Below are positions 16,178-24,962 of a DNA stretch of 25,684 bases, piece by piece. Made by a program: the position numbers and the translations under genes. The notes below the pieces were generated by a model. The model was not told the origin of the DNA, ran no database searches, and saw only the letters and a program-made list of their open reading frames with translations. Source of the DNA: a virus (Duplodnaviria; Caudoviricetes); IMG/VR virus record IMGVR_UViG_3300031997_000058, positions 1-25,684 of that record; one strand, written 5' to 3'. How positions within the stretch are numbered: the stretch's first letter is position 1; the number at the start of each line of letters is the position of its first letter.

Positions 16178-18052
16178 TTAGAAAATTCTATGTGCAGTTG
16201 GGTTAACTTGAATACCCGGATTAGCAACCAAGTCAGCTACCGGAACTTCACCAAGAACGGCGAAGATTTCGTTAGTGCCTCGGAAACCATAAGACTGGGT
16301 AGCATTAGAACCCATAGCTAGACTATATGCCTCATCTGTAATTCTAAGATTCTTGGCTATAACAGTCTTTAGAGGTCGCTCTCTGTGTGTATTCGTCTTG
16401 GAAGGCGAGGCCGGAATAGCTGAACCATAGTTGGTAAGCGTATCCGGATCAGAGGCGGTGTTGTCGTAATACAGGTAACGCACACCTCTCTGATAGTACT
16501 CGTCCCCAACCATTTCGCGCGTAACGACACGTCGGTTGGTACCAATACCACCAGCAACCTGGTCGGTTTGCTGGTAAATAAACACAACAAGATCAAGTCT
16601 CTTCTTGGCAGCCAGTAAGTCATAAATAGAAACGTCACCGGTTGTGCCAGCCTGAAAACCAGCTCTCTTAGAAGCAAATGTTGCATACTCTGTCATGTCG
16701 CTTGCAGTCGTTTCAACCTTCACAGTAAACGGAATCGGGAACGTAAGTGCACGATCGTAAGGCCGTAAATGCGAAAGTTCGAACAAAGGCGTACGCGTCA
16801 AATCAGAGGTGATAGTTACCGAAGTAACTCTCAAGGCTATCTGCGCATCAATCGACGCGTTCGGAGCTAGGTTGTTCTTATCGATCAGATAAATTTCAGT
16901 CTGACCTTGTCGAACAGCGCCTAACTCTTCCGGCTTAGCTGCCGAATCAACGGTGATCGGAGCAAAATACTCCGCGTCTCTTCGTGTAGCCATTTTCGAA
17001 GCCGCGACAGAGCCGCCTCTGGTTGCCTGCGCAGGCGCGCTTAGACCCGCATAAGCGTGCGCATAAGCGTTAGCTGCATACAGAACAAACAGAATGTCTC
17101 CGTTTCCAATACCCTCCGTAACCCCGAACTCCACGTTAGTGGTCAGGTCTGTCGGAAAATGCAACCTATTGGTGATGGAGTTATAAACAAAGGCGCCTAC
17201 GGTTGCGGCGGTACCTGTCTGTACCTTAATATCAACGGAACTCTTTAGAGAGGCGTTGAAATACCGAACAGCTGGATTACCAGCCGGGTCGAAACGAAGC
17301 GCGGCTATTTGTCCGGTAGAGCGTGTTGCAATAAGCTCTGGGACAGCGGCCCCCTCGTCAAGACCTAAGTTAACAAAGGTAGCACCAACATCGATGTTTA
17401 AACCTGTTCCACCTGTGATACCTATATTGTTACTTCCGCTACCTACGGCACCAAACACAAACTCTTCATTAGAAATGTATCGGCCAGAGTTTACGAACCA
17501 GAACTTAGCATCTGTTTCTCCACCGTAATTCTCAGTGGCGTTAGCACCAGAACTATAACTCCAAGCTATGGAGTTAATAAAGACACGAGGCAGGAACATA
17601 GACTGGTCAATGATGTCATTGTCCGTTCCAAGAGAGCACTCGGTCTGTACTGGAGCCCAAATCTCAACGCTAGATCCCGTTTCGCAACCCGATATACCGA
17701 AGTCGGATAAGGTGATACCGTGATAATACGATAAATTCACAGCCGCTCCACCCGTGCCGCTGACTACTGTCAAATGCCCGCTAACCGAGGTAGCGGAATG
17801 ATTTGCTACATCGTCAAACTCTAGGTTTGCAAGAGCGTACATGTTAGAAAGAGACCCAAATTCGTTGGTCTCAATCGTCACGGCGACTGTCGGAGAGTCG
17901 TCGACAACGTCGACGAGGTTGAGCTGGCCAAGCTCGAATACGTCCGTAGTGTTAAACGTGGTTGTAGAACCAAACGTCTGAACGCGGTAAAGGACGTTAC
18001 CGTTTGCCCAAACACTTTGGCTCGGGTAAATTATACGGTTTCTTCTTGCCAT
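16178..18052 (-). CDS. Major tail tube protein with two tandem tube domains, 624 aa
   Basis: Follows the tail terminator gene, has a strong SD (AAGGAGG) and is beta-rich. Internal repeats: RVQTF..FELGQL / RVTSV..FELSHL and GANATENYG / GSNATQSYG. Confidence 0.8.
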   Translation of the reverse strand: MARRNRIIYPSQSVWANGNVLYRVQTFGSTTTFNTTDVFELGQLNLVDVVDDSPTVAVTIETNEFGSLSNMYALANLEFDDVANHSATSVSGHLTVVSGTGGAAVNLSYYHGITLSDFGISGCETGSSVEIWAPVQTECSLGTDNDIIDQSMFLPRVFINSIAWSYSSGANATENYGGETDAKFWFVNSGRYISNEEFVFGAVGSGSNNIGITGGTGLNIDVGATFVNLGLDEGAAVPELIATRSTGQIAALRFDPAGNPAVRYFNASLKSSVDIKVQTGTAATVGAFVYNSITNRLHFPTDLTTNVEFGVTEGIGNGDILFVLYAANAYAHAYAGLSAPAQATRGGSVAASKMATRRDAEYFAPITVDSAAKPEELGAVRQGQTEIYLIDKNNLAPNASIDAQIALRVTSVTITSDLTRTPLFELSHLRPYDRALTFPIPFTVKVETTASDMTEYATFASKRAGFQAGTTGDVSIYDLLAAKKRLDLVVFIYQQTDQVAGGIGTNRRVVTREMVGDEYYQRGVRYLYYDNTASDPDTLTNYGSAIPASPSKTNTHRERPLKTVIAKNLRITDEAYSLAMGSNATQSYGFRGTNEIFAVLGEVPVADLVANPGIQVNPTAHRIF

Positions 18053-18188
18053 ATCAGGTTTTCCTCCTTGTATATTTGATAATCAGTCACGTATTGGGGG
18101 ATGTGTGACCAAAACCGCCAAAGTCGAGGCTTTCTTCCTTTGGAGGATTTCCTATTCCATACCGGGCGCTGTTGCGCCCCCTTAAATA

Positions 18189-19040
18189 CTATAAAATATT
18201 AAAATCAAGTCCATCTCTATAAGTAAACATATCGAACGTTACTGTAGATCGCCATCTATTTATGTCTGTAAAATTAGCACGCTTGTTAATTTCTTCAGCG
18301 CGTAAGTTATCGAAATATAACACAGAGTCATCATTATTATTAAGAATAAGCAAGTCTCCGGTAAAACTCTTGTTGTAAGTCCCATCATAATTCAAGGGCT
18401 CACCTTGTCTAAAATCAATAACAGGAATGTGCCGTAAATAAAGCGCATCAAAAATAAACGCCGTTAGATCGTCCCGCTCTGCACTAGATGTGGCAAATAT
18501 ATGTGCTGTACAACTCCGTACTGCTTTTCTTCCGGGGCCAATCTGATAAGGAAGCTTTTTGTGCATTCCTGTTTCTATAGCCACAATTGGAAGTGTGGGG
18601 GGTTGTGTTCCTGGCCAAGCGTCCAACACGGATACGTAGTGTTGCGTAAAATCTATAGTAGTCGGAACGCCTGAGATTGTAGTAGTTGGGTTTGTTCCGG
18701 AAGTAACGATAGCCCCCTCTAAATAGTTAACAATGTAGTTAGAGGCACCGATAACAGAACCCGTTTCATTATATACAGTAATTCTAGTTGTTTGTTCCGT
18801 ATTTGGAACTGAAGTAGCTACGCAGCTATTAGACCCTACCGGATCGAAATAAACCCACCCACGCCCTTCGGATAAGAAGTTGGGTAACCAGACAATTTGA
18901 GCCTCAAATCTCGCCTTCTCAGAGTTGTATACTAAAGGAACGTTAGTAACCTTTTCTACCCACTGCAAAGGGAGAAGAGCACCCTTGAGCCAGTGTTGTA
19001 AACTCATGTCTTCTAATCTGGCCAAGGACATTGTTGTCAT
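18189..19040 (-). CDS. Putative tail terminator/completion protein (gpU / SPP1 gp17-like), 283 aa
   Basis: Directly upstream of the tube gene. LPIVAIE...YQIG...AHIFATSSAERDDLTAFIFDAL fits this family's pattern. It has an inserted beta-domain (NYIVNYLEGAI). TAATG overlap with the upstream gene. Confidence 0.65.
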   Translation of the reverse strand: MTTMSLARLEDMSLQHWLKGALLPLQWVEKVTNVPLVYNSEKARFEAQIVWLPNFLSEGRGWVYFDPVGSNSCVATSVPNTEQTTRITVYNETGSVIGASNYIVNYLEGAIVTSGTNPTTTISGVPTTIDFTQHYVSVLDAWPGTQPPTLPIVAIETGMHKKLPYQIGPGRKAVRSCTAHIFATSSAERDDLTAFIFDALYLRHIPVIDFRQGEPLNYDGTYNKSFTGDLLILNNNDDSVLYFDNLRAEEINKRANFTDINRWRSTVTFDMFTYRDGLDFNIL

Positions 19041-19690
19041 TATAGCTCCGTTCCGCGAACTGCAGCATCTATGGCTTGCTTAATGAACGGTCTAAGATTG
19101 AATTCAGCTAAAGCCTCTCTAAAGATATCTACTGGAGAGTATTCAGAAAAAGGATGCCGTATCTGATTAAAAGATATACCGGTACGCGCTTGCCACTTCT
19201 CTTTCTCATAGGCTTCGCGACTTATCATGAACCCCTGCCCAAACCTACCATACTCTTTACCAGACATCTCGGTAGTGACGAATCCCCATTCCCCTGCTAG
19301 CCCTTCTAGATAGTAAACCAACCAGAGTAAGGGCTGAGAAGAATTTCTTTCCTCGATACCCTGGTCGTATCCCAAAAACTTTTTATCCCCCATCCTAACC
19401 CGAATATAAAGTTTGTTTCCTTCGGATAAAATCTCTATATTATCATACACGTCATCTTGAAGTCTAAGAAGAAAGTCTTCTCTCCAATTAGAGGGGTTAG
19501 TGGGATCGTCAGGTAATAACTCCGCACGTTCTCCCAGTCTATCAAAACCTACCATTATCAGATCTATGAGGTGGGGTATAGCATTAGTCAAAAAAGCCTG
19601 TTTAATGTTAGCCCGTATCAACGCCTGTTTTTTTTCAATTACTTTTTTCAGCCCCGCGCCATCTAATTTAATCTTTACTTTTACACCCAT
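19040..19690 (-). CDS. Putative neck/tail completion protein (HK97 gp10-like position), 216 aa
   Basis: Gene order between head closure and terminator. N-terminal VKVKIKLDGAGLKK and C-terminal LRPFIKQAIDA patterns. Confidence 0.5.
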   Translation of the reverse strand: MGVKVKIKLDGAGLKKVIEKKQALIRANIKQAFLTNAIPHLIDLIMVGFDRLGERAELLPDDPTNPSNWREDFLLRLQDDVYDNIEILSEGNKLYIRVRMGDKKFLGYDQGIEERNSSQPLLWLVYYLEGLAGEWGFVTTEMSGKEYGRFGQGFMISREAYEKEKWQARTGISFNQIRHPFSEYSPVDIFREALAEFNLRPFIKQAIDAAVRGTEL

Positions 19691-19691
19691 A

Positions 19692-20369
19692 CTACTTGCC
19701 CTTTACCAGGCCTCTGAGAATCTGAAGATCGGACGGGCCTTTAATTCTTCTTCTTGGATCGATATTCCGACCCTCGTGAGTATTAATATCCCCAGTTGCC
19801 GATTCACCTACCTCGGTGGTCTGCAACCACATTTCACAAACGGCCTGGTCACTTCCTAATCCTCTAACTAAGGGCGGCATTATTTTTTCAGTCTTAACGT
19901 TACCGTACACTACAAAAACAGAATTGGCTCTAAGAATCTCATAAAAACAATAAAGTGTTTTTATTTGAATAGCACTTTCACCTTCTTTACCTGCCGGATA
20001 ATCCAAATAACCCTTCTCTTTATCGCTGGACAAAACACGATAGTTAACAAGCGCAGGGATGCACAGTTCTGTAGCTGTAAATAATTGTCCCTCGCCAATA
20101 CACACGGGGCACCGTCCCAGAGAAAAGGTGGTAGGTGTAAGGGTTCTTTCCTGGTCGGTACCTTGAAAAATAGTAACCGGAGAAGTAAAGGAGGCATCAA
20201 AAACATTGGAAGATTTCTTATTGATAGAATCAAATACACAGTTGGGACAAACAACAAATATAGGATCTTCTTGTACAACCACCAGTGGCTGAGACATATC
20301 CTTTATGACCTGTTGTATAATTTGTTTATAGTCCCGCTGTATTTTCTTTGTTACAAGTTTCCTGGGCAT
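19692..20369 (-). CDS. Putative head closure (stopper) protein with a CxxC..CxxC zinc site, 225 aa
   Basis: Follows the adaptor gene, has CPNC and CPVCxGxG motifs, and a beta-rich body. Confidence 0.55.
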   Translation of the reverse strand: MPRKLVTKKIQRDYKQIIQQVIKDMSQPLVVVQEDPIFVVCPNCVFDSINKKSSNVFDASFTSPVTIFQGTDQERTLTPTTFSLGRCPVCIGEGQLFTATELCIPALVNYRVLSSDKEKGYLDYPAGKEGESAIQIKTLYCFYEILRANSVFVVYGNVKTEKIMPPLVRGLGSDQAVCEMWLQTTEVGESATGDINTHEGRNIDPRRRIKGPSDLQILRGLVKGK

Positions 20370-20370
20370 G

Positions 20371-21336
20371 TTATTCTAATCTCACGCCTGGTAGAGAAAG
20401 GGACAAATAGGCACGTGCACAGTCCAGTAGTTCCTTCATCTTACGCTTAAGGTCGTTCATGTCTTCTGTTCTAGCTTTAATAATACCTGTATTATCGTAT
20501 TCTGTGTCACCGTCCCTAACTTTAACGGCACTCTGAATATCTTCTCTAATTTCACCTTCTAGAAGTAGAATAGCAGCCTGCATTATTAACATTTCTCGCG
20601 TTATACTTTGTTTAGGTAATCCACATGAAACTAGTAGGTTATTAGCTCGATCATAAACCAGTAAAACTTCTCTATCAGAGAAACGGAAATGGTTATAATA
20701 AATGTTAAGAGTCCCCGTTACAACTGCAGCCGCCCCAGAAAAAGTTAAGTAACGATAACCTAAAACAAGTGGGTCCATAAGACTGGTCTTATCCACACCG
20801 TTGAGGGTGACTCTTTGTGGCCAACCTTTAAAATTTATAAGCTCCCATGTTTTCTGATCTGCAGAGATTTGATCAGCACAAGCATATGCCTTGGTCTTAT
20901 TACGAGAATCATAATAATCATTCTCTATGAAACCTAAATCCCCTACGGTGATACGAATAGCTTCTACAATTTCTCTGTCTGACCCAGACAACGCTATCTC
21001 AGGCGGGTAAGTCGCACTGCTTACAGGTAAAGAGTACTCTGTATACGTGGCCGTATCCTGCGCTAACTCAGAGAATGTACTGCTAATCATCGAACCAGAA
21101 TTATAGAACTGCGCTTTATAATAGTATATGGGAGAAGAAGTAAGATCCTGGAAAGTATAAGAACCAGCCCCGTCTAGTGCTACAGTAGCAATATTAGAAA
21201 AGGGACCACTAGAGTGCGAAACGGAGCGCCACAGCAGAAGCTGATCAAAAACAGATTGTACTGCTACTATATCATCTATAGAAACTGTTATAGTGCCGTT
21301 TATAAGAGATGGTATCTTAGGCTGTAGGACAGACAT
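20371..21336 (-). CDS. Putative head-tail adaptor with N-terminal FN3/Ig-like domain, 321 aa
   Basis: Adaptor-type motifs IRITVGD...FSDREV...AAILLL...VRDGDTEYD. N-terminal FN3-like pattern LLWRS..GPFSNI..YTFQD..YYYKAQFYN. SD GGAGG. Confidence 0.6.
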   Translation of the reverse strand: MSVLQPKIPSLINGTITVSIDDIVAVQSVFDQLLLWRSVSHSSGPFSNIATVALDGAGSYTFQDLTSSPIYYYKAQFYNSGSMISSTFSELAQDTATYTEYSLPVSSATYPPEIALSGSDREIVEAIRITVGDLGFIENDYYDSRNKTKAYACADQISADQKTWELINFKGWPQRVTLNGVDKTSLMDPLVLGYRYLTFSGAAAVVTGTLNIYYNHFRFSDREVLLVYDRANNLLVSCGLPKQSITREMLIMQAAILLLEGEIREDIQSAVKVRDGDTEYDNTGIIKARTEDMNDLKRKMKELLDCARAYLSLSLPGVRLE

Positions 21337-21353
21337 CTATTAGTAGACCCTCC

Positions 21354-21830
21354 TTAGTACACCTGATCGATTCTCTTAAGTATAGCACGCATATATTCTT
21401 CTTTCCCAGAGAAGTGCCTACTCAGAGTTAGGGCTTTTCTAAGCACAGCCCGCTCCTTACACTTCTCAATTAGAACTTTGGCCTGAGCGATAGGCTTACT
21501 TATTATGAGGTCGGCGGTTATTACTTCTCCCTTTGCGTCATAGTTAGTACGCTTAAAAATAGTACCTGCGCCTTTACCGGCAGTAACTACTGCGGCCTCT
21601 TTTCTCTTACCCAAGGGTATTGCGGTACCGTCCTCCTTATAAAAACCCCAGAAGGATTCTGGAAAATAAGTATCTCGCAGCCACTTTACAAAGCTAACGT
21701 CTTGCTTATGCCCCGAAACAGCTCCAACCAGTTTGTACGCGTAGTCTAAATCTACTACTCCGCCTTGAATTATATGTTTCTGAAGTTTAAACGCAACTTC
21801 CTCTCCCTCGTTCTTTATAAAACCTTTCAT
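21354..21830 (-). CDS. Hypothetical protein between head and neck genes, 158 aa
   Basis: Intact ORF with SD (AAAGGA). It ends in a small helical domain (LIEKCKERAVLRKAL...MRAILKRIDQ). Confidence 0.75.
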   Translation of the reverse strand: MKGFIKNEGEEVAFKLQKHIIQGGVVDLDYAYKLVGAVSGHKQDVSFVKWLRDTYFPESFWGFYKEDGTAIPLGKRKEAAVVTAGKGAGTIFKRTNYDAKGEVITADLIISKPIAQAKVLIEKCKERAVLRKALTLSRHFSGKEEYMRAILKRIDQVY

Positions 21831-21854
21831 AATCCTTTGCCCCCTTTACTTTTC

Positions 21855-22541
21855 CTAATTTAAAACTGCAAAGAATTCTTCTACAGTTTTACGATTCTTT
21901 CTAAGGTTACAGTGCTTACAACTTATACAAATATTACTTTTTGTATTGTTGCCGCCCCTACACAGGGGCGTCTTATGATCAACGTGGTAACCTTTATCTA
22001 ATCCTAATTTACAATAAAAACACAAATTATTCTGATCTTGTTTCAAATCTAGTATATCTTGAACTGTATAATTTTCACCAACCTCCAACCACGTTCTGCG
22101 CTCCGCACATTTCGCTCTCTTGTAATCGGCGGTCTGAGAAAGGCCGTGAGTGGTCATTTTATCCTGTCGTAAACATCCACAACTTTGCGTTAATCCCTTT
22201 CTTAAACTATAAGAAACTATACGTTTAATATTACCGCAATCACACAGACAATCGTAAAAAGTTCTACTTCCTATTTTTATAGGGGCACTAATTACACGCA
22301 GTCTACCAAACTTACGACACCTGTCTATCTTAATTAGACGTAAGTCTCTAAACTTTTCTCTATGTAAACAACCGCAGCTTTTAGTAAGCCCTCTAATAAG
22401 GTTGTTGGCAATCACTATCTTACTTTTACCACAAGTGCACATACATAAGCATTTAGTGCGTTCTGATTTATTAGGAGGAAAAACATCTACTATTGCCAGA
22501 CGCCCAAACTTCTTACCCCTTAACTGTAAAGTCTTACTCAT
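21855..22541 (-). CDS. Free-standing HNH (homing-type) endonuclease with two N-terminal Cys-rich repeats, 228 aa
   Basis: Two copies of KFGRL...CxCxCG...LxxGLTxSCGCL, then CFYC...YHVDHKTPLCRGGNNTKSNICISCKHCNLRK. Overlaps the upstream gene by 8 nt and looks more AT-rich than its neighbours. Confidence 0.9.
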   Translation of the reverse strand: MSKTLQLRGKKFGRLAIVDVFPPNKSERTKCLCMCTCGKSKIVIANNLIRGLTKSCGCLHREKFRDLRLIKIDRCRKFGRLRVISAPIKIGSRTFYDCLCDCGNIKRIVSYSLRKGLTQSCGCLRQDKMTTHGLSQTADYKRAKCAERRTWLEVGENYTVQDILDLKQDQNNLCFYCKLGLDKGYHVDHKTPLCRGGNNTKSNICISCKHCNLRKNRKTVEEFFAVLN

Positions 22542-22872
22542 CTAGTTTCGCACTGCTAACGCGTGAAACATTATAGTATTTATCTAACCAACAATCGACA
22601 AAGTTATGTAAGTAATTAGACAACCTATGCACTACTAAAAAGGTAACTCCAAAGTCTATGAACCAGTTACCGGTTAAAGTATAAGGCAGTCCCAACACAA
22701 GTACAACCGCTGCGGCCCCCCATACTGAAAAACAATATCCGCAAGAAAATAATTCTTTTAACCAGACAGACTTGCTGCCTAGAAAAGTTCGGAGCGGTTT
22801 AAAGAGCACCGACTTTATTACTAACTCTGTTAACGCTTCTACAAGAACTATCGCCATTAGAAAAGATAACAT
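22534..22872 (-). CDS. DUF1360-like membrane protein (possible holin), 112 aa
   Basis: Three hydrophobic segments and the ELFSCGYCFSVW motif typical of DUF1360. Confidence 0.65.
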   Translation of the reverse strand: MLSFLMAIVLVEALTELVIKSVLFKPLRTFLGSKSVWLKELFSCGYCFSVWGAAAVVLVLGLPYTLTGNWFIDFGVTFLVVHRLSNYLHNFVDCWLDKYYNVSRVSSAKLDE

Positions 22873-22889
22873 TCTCGCCTCTCTCTGGT

Positions 22890-22952
22890 GCTAAGGCTTG
22901 GCAGTTAGCGGGGAGACTAACTTCTTTGCCTAGGATTGAGCCAAGCCTTAGC
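22890..22952 (-). promoter_or_regulatory. Intergenic branched stem-loop
   Basis: Perfect 13-bp inverted repeat GCTAAGGCTTGGC (22890-22902) / GCCAAGCCTTAGC (22940-22952), enclosing an inner 6-bp hairpin AGTTAG (22903-22908) / CTAACT (22917-22922). Confidence 0.65.
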
Positions 22953-22957
22953 GTTAT

Positions 22958-23248
22958 TTACTTGTAAATTACAGTAACATCTGGATTACCAACAGTAACT
23001 ACTGTTAGCCCGCCAGAAAGAACTACCCCATAGTTTGCTTCTACGGCTGCGGTTGCGAGTATATTGGCTACGATCGCCCCACCCGGACCACCATTATGAA
23101 TCTTTATACCCGCTCCGGCAGCACCAGAATTAACCACTACCCTTCTAAACAAAGTTTCCTTTGTTCGGATAGTCGTAGTTCCAGCCGCCGTAATATGTAA
23201 GTAATTGTCTCTATTGTCGTATAACGTGCCTGTGTTTGAGTGGCCCAT
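22958..23248 (-). CDS. Small Gly/Ala/Thr-rich beta-sandwich protein, probable virion component, 96 aa
   Basis: Directly downstream of the MCP gene, SD AAGGGGG, beta-strand pattern ending VTVIYK. Confidence 0.65.
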   Translation of the reverse strand: MGHSNTGTLYDNRDNYLHITAAGTTTIRTKETLFRRVVVNSGAAGAGIKIHNGGPGGAIVANILATAAVEANYGVVLSGGLTVVTVGNPDVTVIYK

Positions 23249-23266
23249 TTTTTACCCCCTTCTTGC

Positions 23267-23305
23267 TCCTAAGGGAGGAGAACACTTGGTCCTCCTCCCA
23301 AAGGA
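23267..23305 (-). promoter_or_regulatory. Stable hairpin downstream of the major capsid gene
   Basis: Minus-strand GGGAGGAGGAC-CAAGU-GUUCUCCUCCC (23273-23299), extendable by UCCU/AGGA. There is no proper U-tract, so it may stabilise or process the mRNA rather than terminate it. Confidence 0.5.
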
Positions 23306-23336
23306 TTTAATACATTATATCGAAAACAGAATGTTC

Positions 23337-24401
23337 TTAGAATCGGTCAATGACGCCCATACCAACCATACGAGAGTCGAGCAACGCGAAACCAACTTCC
23401 TCCCAACCGAAGAAGCCTTGCTTCTGCTGTCGGAGAAGAGTCGGGTCATCGTGTGCTTCGAATTCCTTACGGACTGGCATAACGAGAGAGTCATTAACAG
23501 ATAGGTCGAAACCGTAAATCTGGGTTTCGCCGGCCTGTGTAACCGCACCGTTCGCGTTAACGTTGTTAACGTGAGTTGGGGTGTAGTTATTAAATGATCC
23601 ACCGCTAACCTGGAACACACCGTAAGCAGCACCGGACTGGTTGATGTTGAATCTACCAGTGGCGCCTAGCTGATAAACCTCATGAATGTTAATACCCCAA
23701 ACCTTACCAAGACCTGCCGCTTGGAAAATCTCGCGACGAGTAATTGGGTCGATCTGAGTCTCAGTCCATTCACGAATATCGGCAGCGTCTTCCGGAGAGA
23801 TATAAAGATCGGTCAAGGATCGGCGAAGATGCTTAAAGCCAACGAGCATAAGGTTTAGAAGTTCCTTAGAAAGGAATTTCTCGCCAGTAGAACCAGCAGC
23901 AACCTGATATACAGGGGCATTTCGCGCGCCGAGCAGACCCTGGCCAGAGAAGTTCGTGGTAGCACCAGGAACAATAACTCTCCATCCAGACTCTTCCTCG
24001 TATTCGGCAATGGCACGAGCCGCATTTCTAGCAGCACGCTCCGGGATGTCGATACGAGAATCTCTTGCGTAAGTCACTTTCCAATCGGCGGAAACGCTGA
24101 TAGAGAAGGTAGGAACATATACTTCTTCGCCAACGCCTTCGACGAAATTCTGAGCAATGTAACCAAGACCAGGAAGTACGAAAACCGGCACTTCGAAGTC
24201 ATCGGCTACGGGGTAAACCGCCTGTGCACCCGGCGCTAGTCGTTCAACAGAGAACAACTGACGCATAATAGACGCATCGCGGATTTCCTGTAGGATAGGA
24301 ATAGTCAAAGCCTGTGCAAAGGCTTTGTATGCTTCCATACCTTCAGGAGTATCGATTGCGGCTGTTGCCCTGAACAGTTCCGCAAGCTTCGTTCTATCCA
24401 T
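23337..24401 (-). CDS. Major capsid protein (HK97 fold), 354 aa
   Basis: True start is MDRTKL at 24401 with SD AAAGGAGG. Size, position after scaffold and decoration genes, and patterns (ARNAARAIAEYEE; LYISPEDAADIR; GFFGWEEVGFALLD) fit HK97-fold MCPs. Confidence 0.88.
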   Translation of the reverse strand: MDRTKLAELFRATAAIDTPEGMEAYKAFAQALTIPILQEIRDASIMRQLFSVERLAPGAQAVYPVADDFEVPVFVLPGLGYIAQNFVEGVGEEVYVPTFSISVSADWKVTYARDSRIDIPERAARNAARAIAEYEEESGWRVIVPGATTNFSGQGLLGARNAPVYQVAAGSTGEKFLSKELLNLMLVGFKHLRRSLTDLYISPEDAADIREWTETQIDPITRREIFQAAGLGKVWGINIHEVYQLGATGRFNINQSGAAYGVFQVSGGSFNNYTPTHVNNVNANGAVTQAGETQIYGFDLSVNDSLVMPVRKEFEAHDDPTLLRQQKQGFFGWEEVGFALLDSRMVGMGVIDRF

Positions 24402-24438
24402 ATTAATAGATCCTCCTTTTAGATTGGCCTTTGCTAGG

Positions 24439-24939
24439 CTATATGAGAAGCTTAATTCTAAGCTTCGCCCCAGCGGCAACGGCAGTCGCGTCTAGGGTAT
24501 TCTGTGCAATAGCAACAACGTTAGCTTCTGCAGAGTCTACACCGTTCTTGGAATCATAGTCAAGACTATTTACACCAAGAACAGTTAGCTTTCCAGTAGC
24601 CATAACGCCAAGCTTATCGCCAGCGGCAAACGTAGTTGAAGTATTGTAATTTGTAGTGTCGTAGATACCAAGATGTGCAACACCTACAGGGTCACCAGTG
24701 AACGCATCGGAAGAGCCTAAGTCGCCCGGAAGCCGGAAACCGGTCGGGTGAGCAGAGGATTCTGCCTTAACGTTCTGCATAAGGAACCCATAAGGTAATG
24801 TGTTGGTACCACTAACTACTTGAACAAGCTCATCGCCGGAAAGAGAAACAACAGCACCGGCAGTAGCGGTAGAGCCCTTAGTCGAATCATGAGTAAGAAA
24901 CTGATTCTGAACTACGGGGGCTCGGGGTATAAACACCAT
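24439..24939 (-). CDS. Capsid decoration/stabilising protein, 166 aa
   Basis: Lies between scaffold and MCP genes, SD AAGGAGG. Pattern AGAVV...PYGFL...GIYDT...FAAGDKL...GKLT...VVA is typical of head decoration proteins. Confidence 0.7.
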   Translation of the reverse strand: MVFIPRAPVVQNQFLTHDSTKGSTATAGAVVSLSGDELVQVVSGTNTLPYGFLMQNVKAESSAHPTGFRLPGDLGSSDAFTGDPVGVAHLGIYDTTNYNTSTTFAAGDKLGVMATGKLTVLGVNSLDYDSKNGVDSAEANVVAIAQNTLDATAVAAGAKLRIKLLI

Positions 24940-24962
24940 AGTAGATTACCTCCTTATCGGAT

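Noticed and set aside
23314-23342. Perfect TATAAT on the minus strand (23314-23319) after the MCP stop
   Set aside because: The hexamer 17 nt upstream (TTCTAA) is a poor -35 match and there is no extended -10, so the evidence is insufficient to call a promoter.
24402-24479. 26-aa N-terminal extension of the MCP given by the ORF track
   Set aside because: It overlaps the decoration gene, and the strong SD points to the ATG at 24401.
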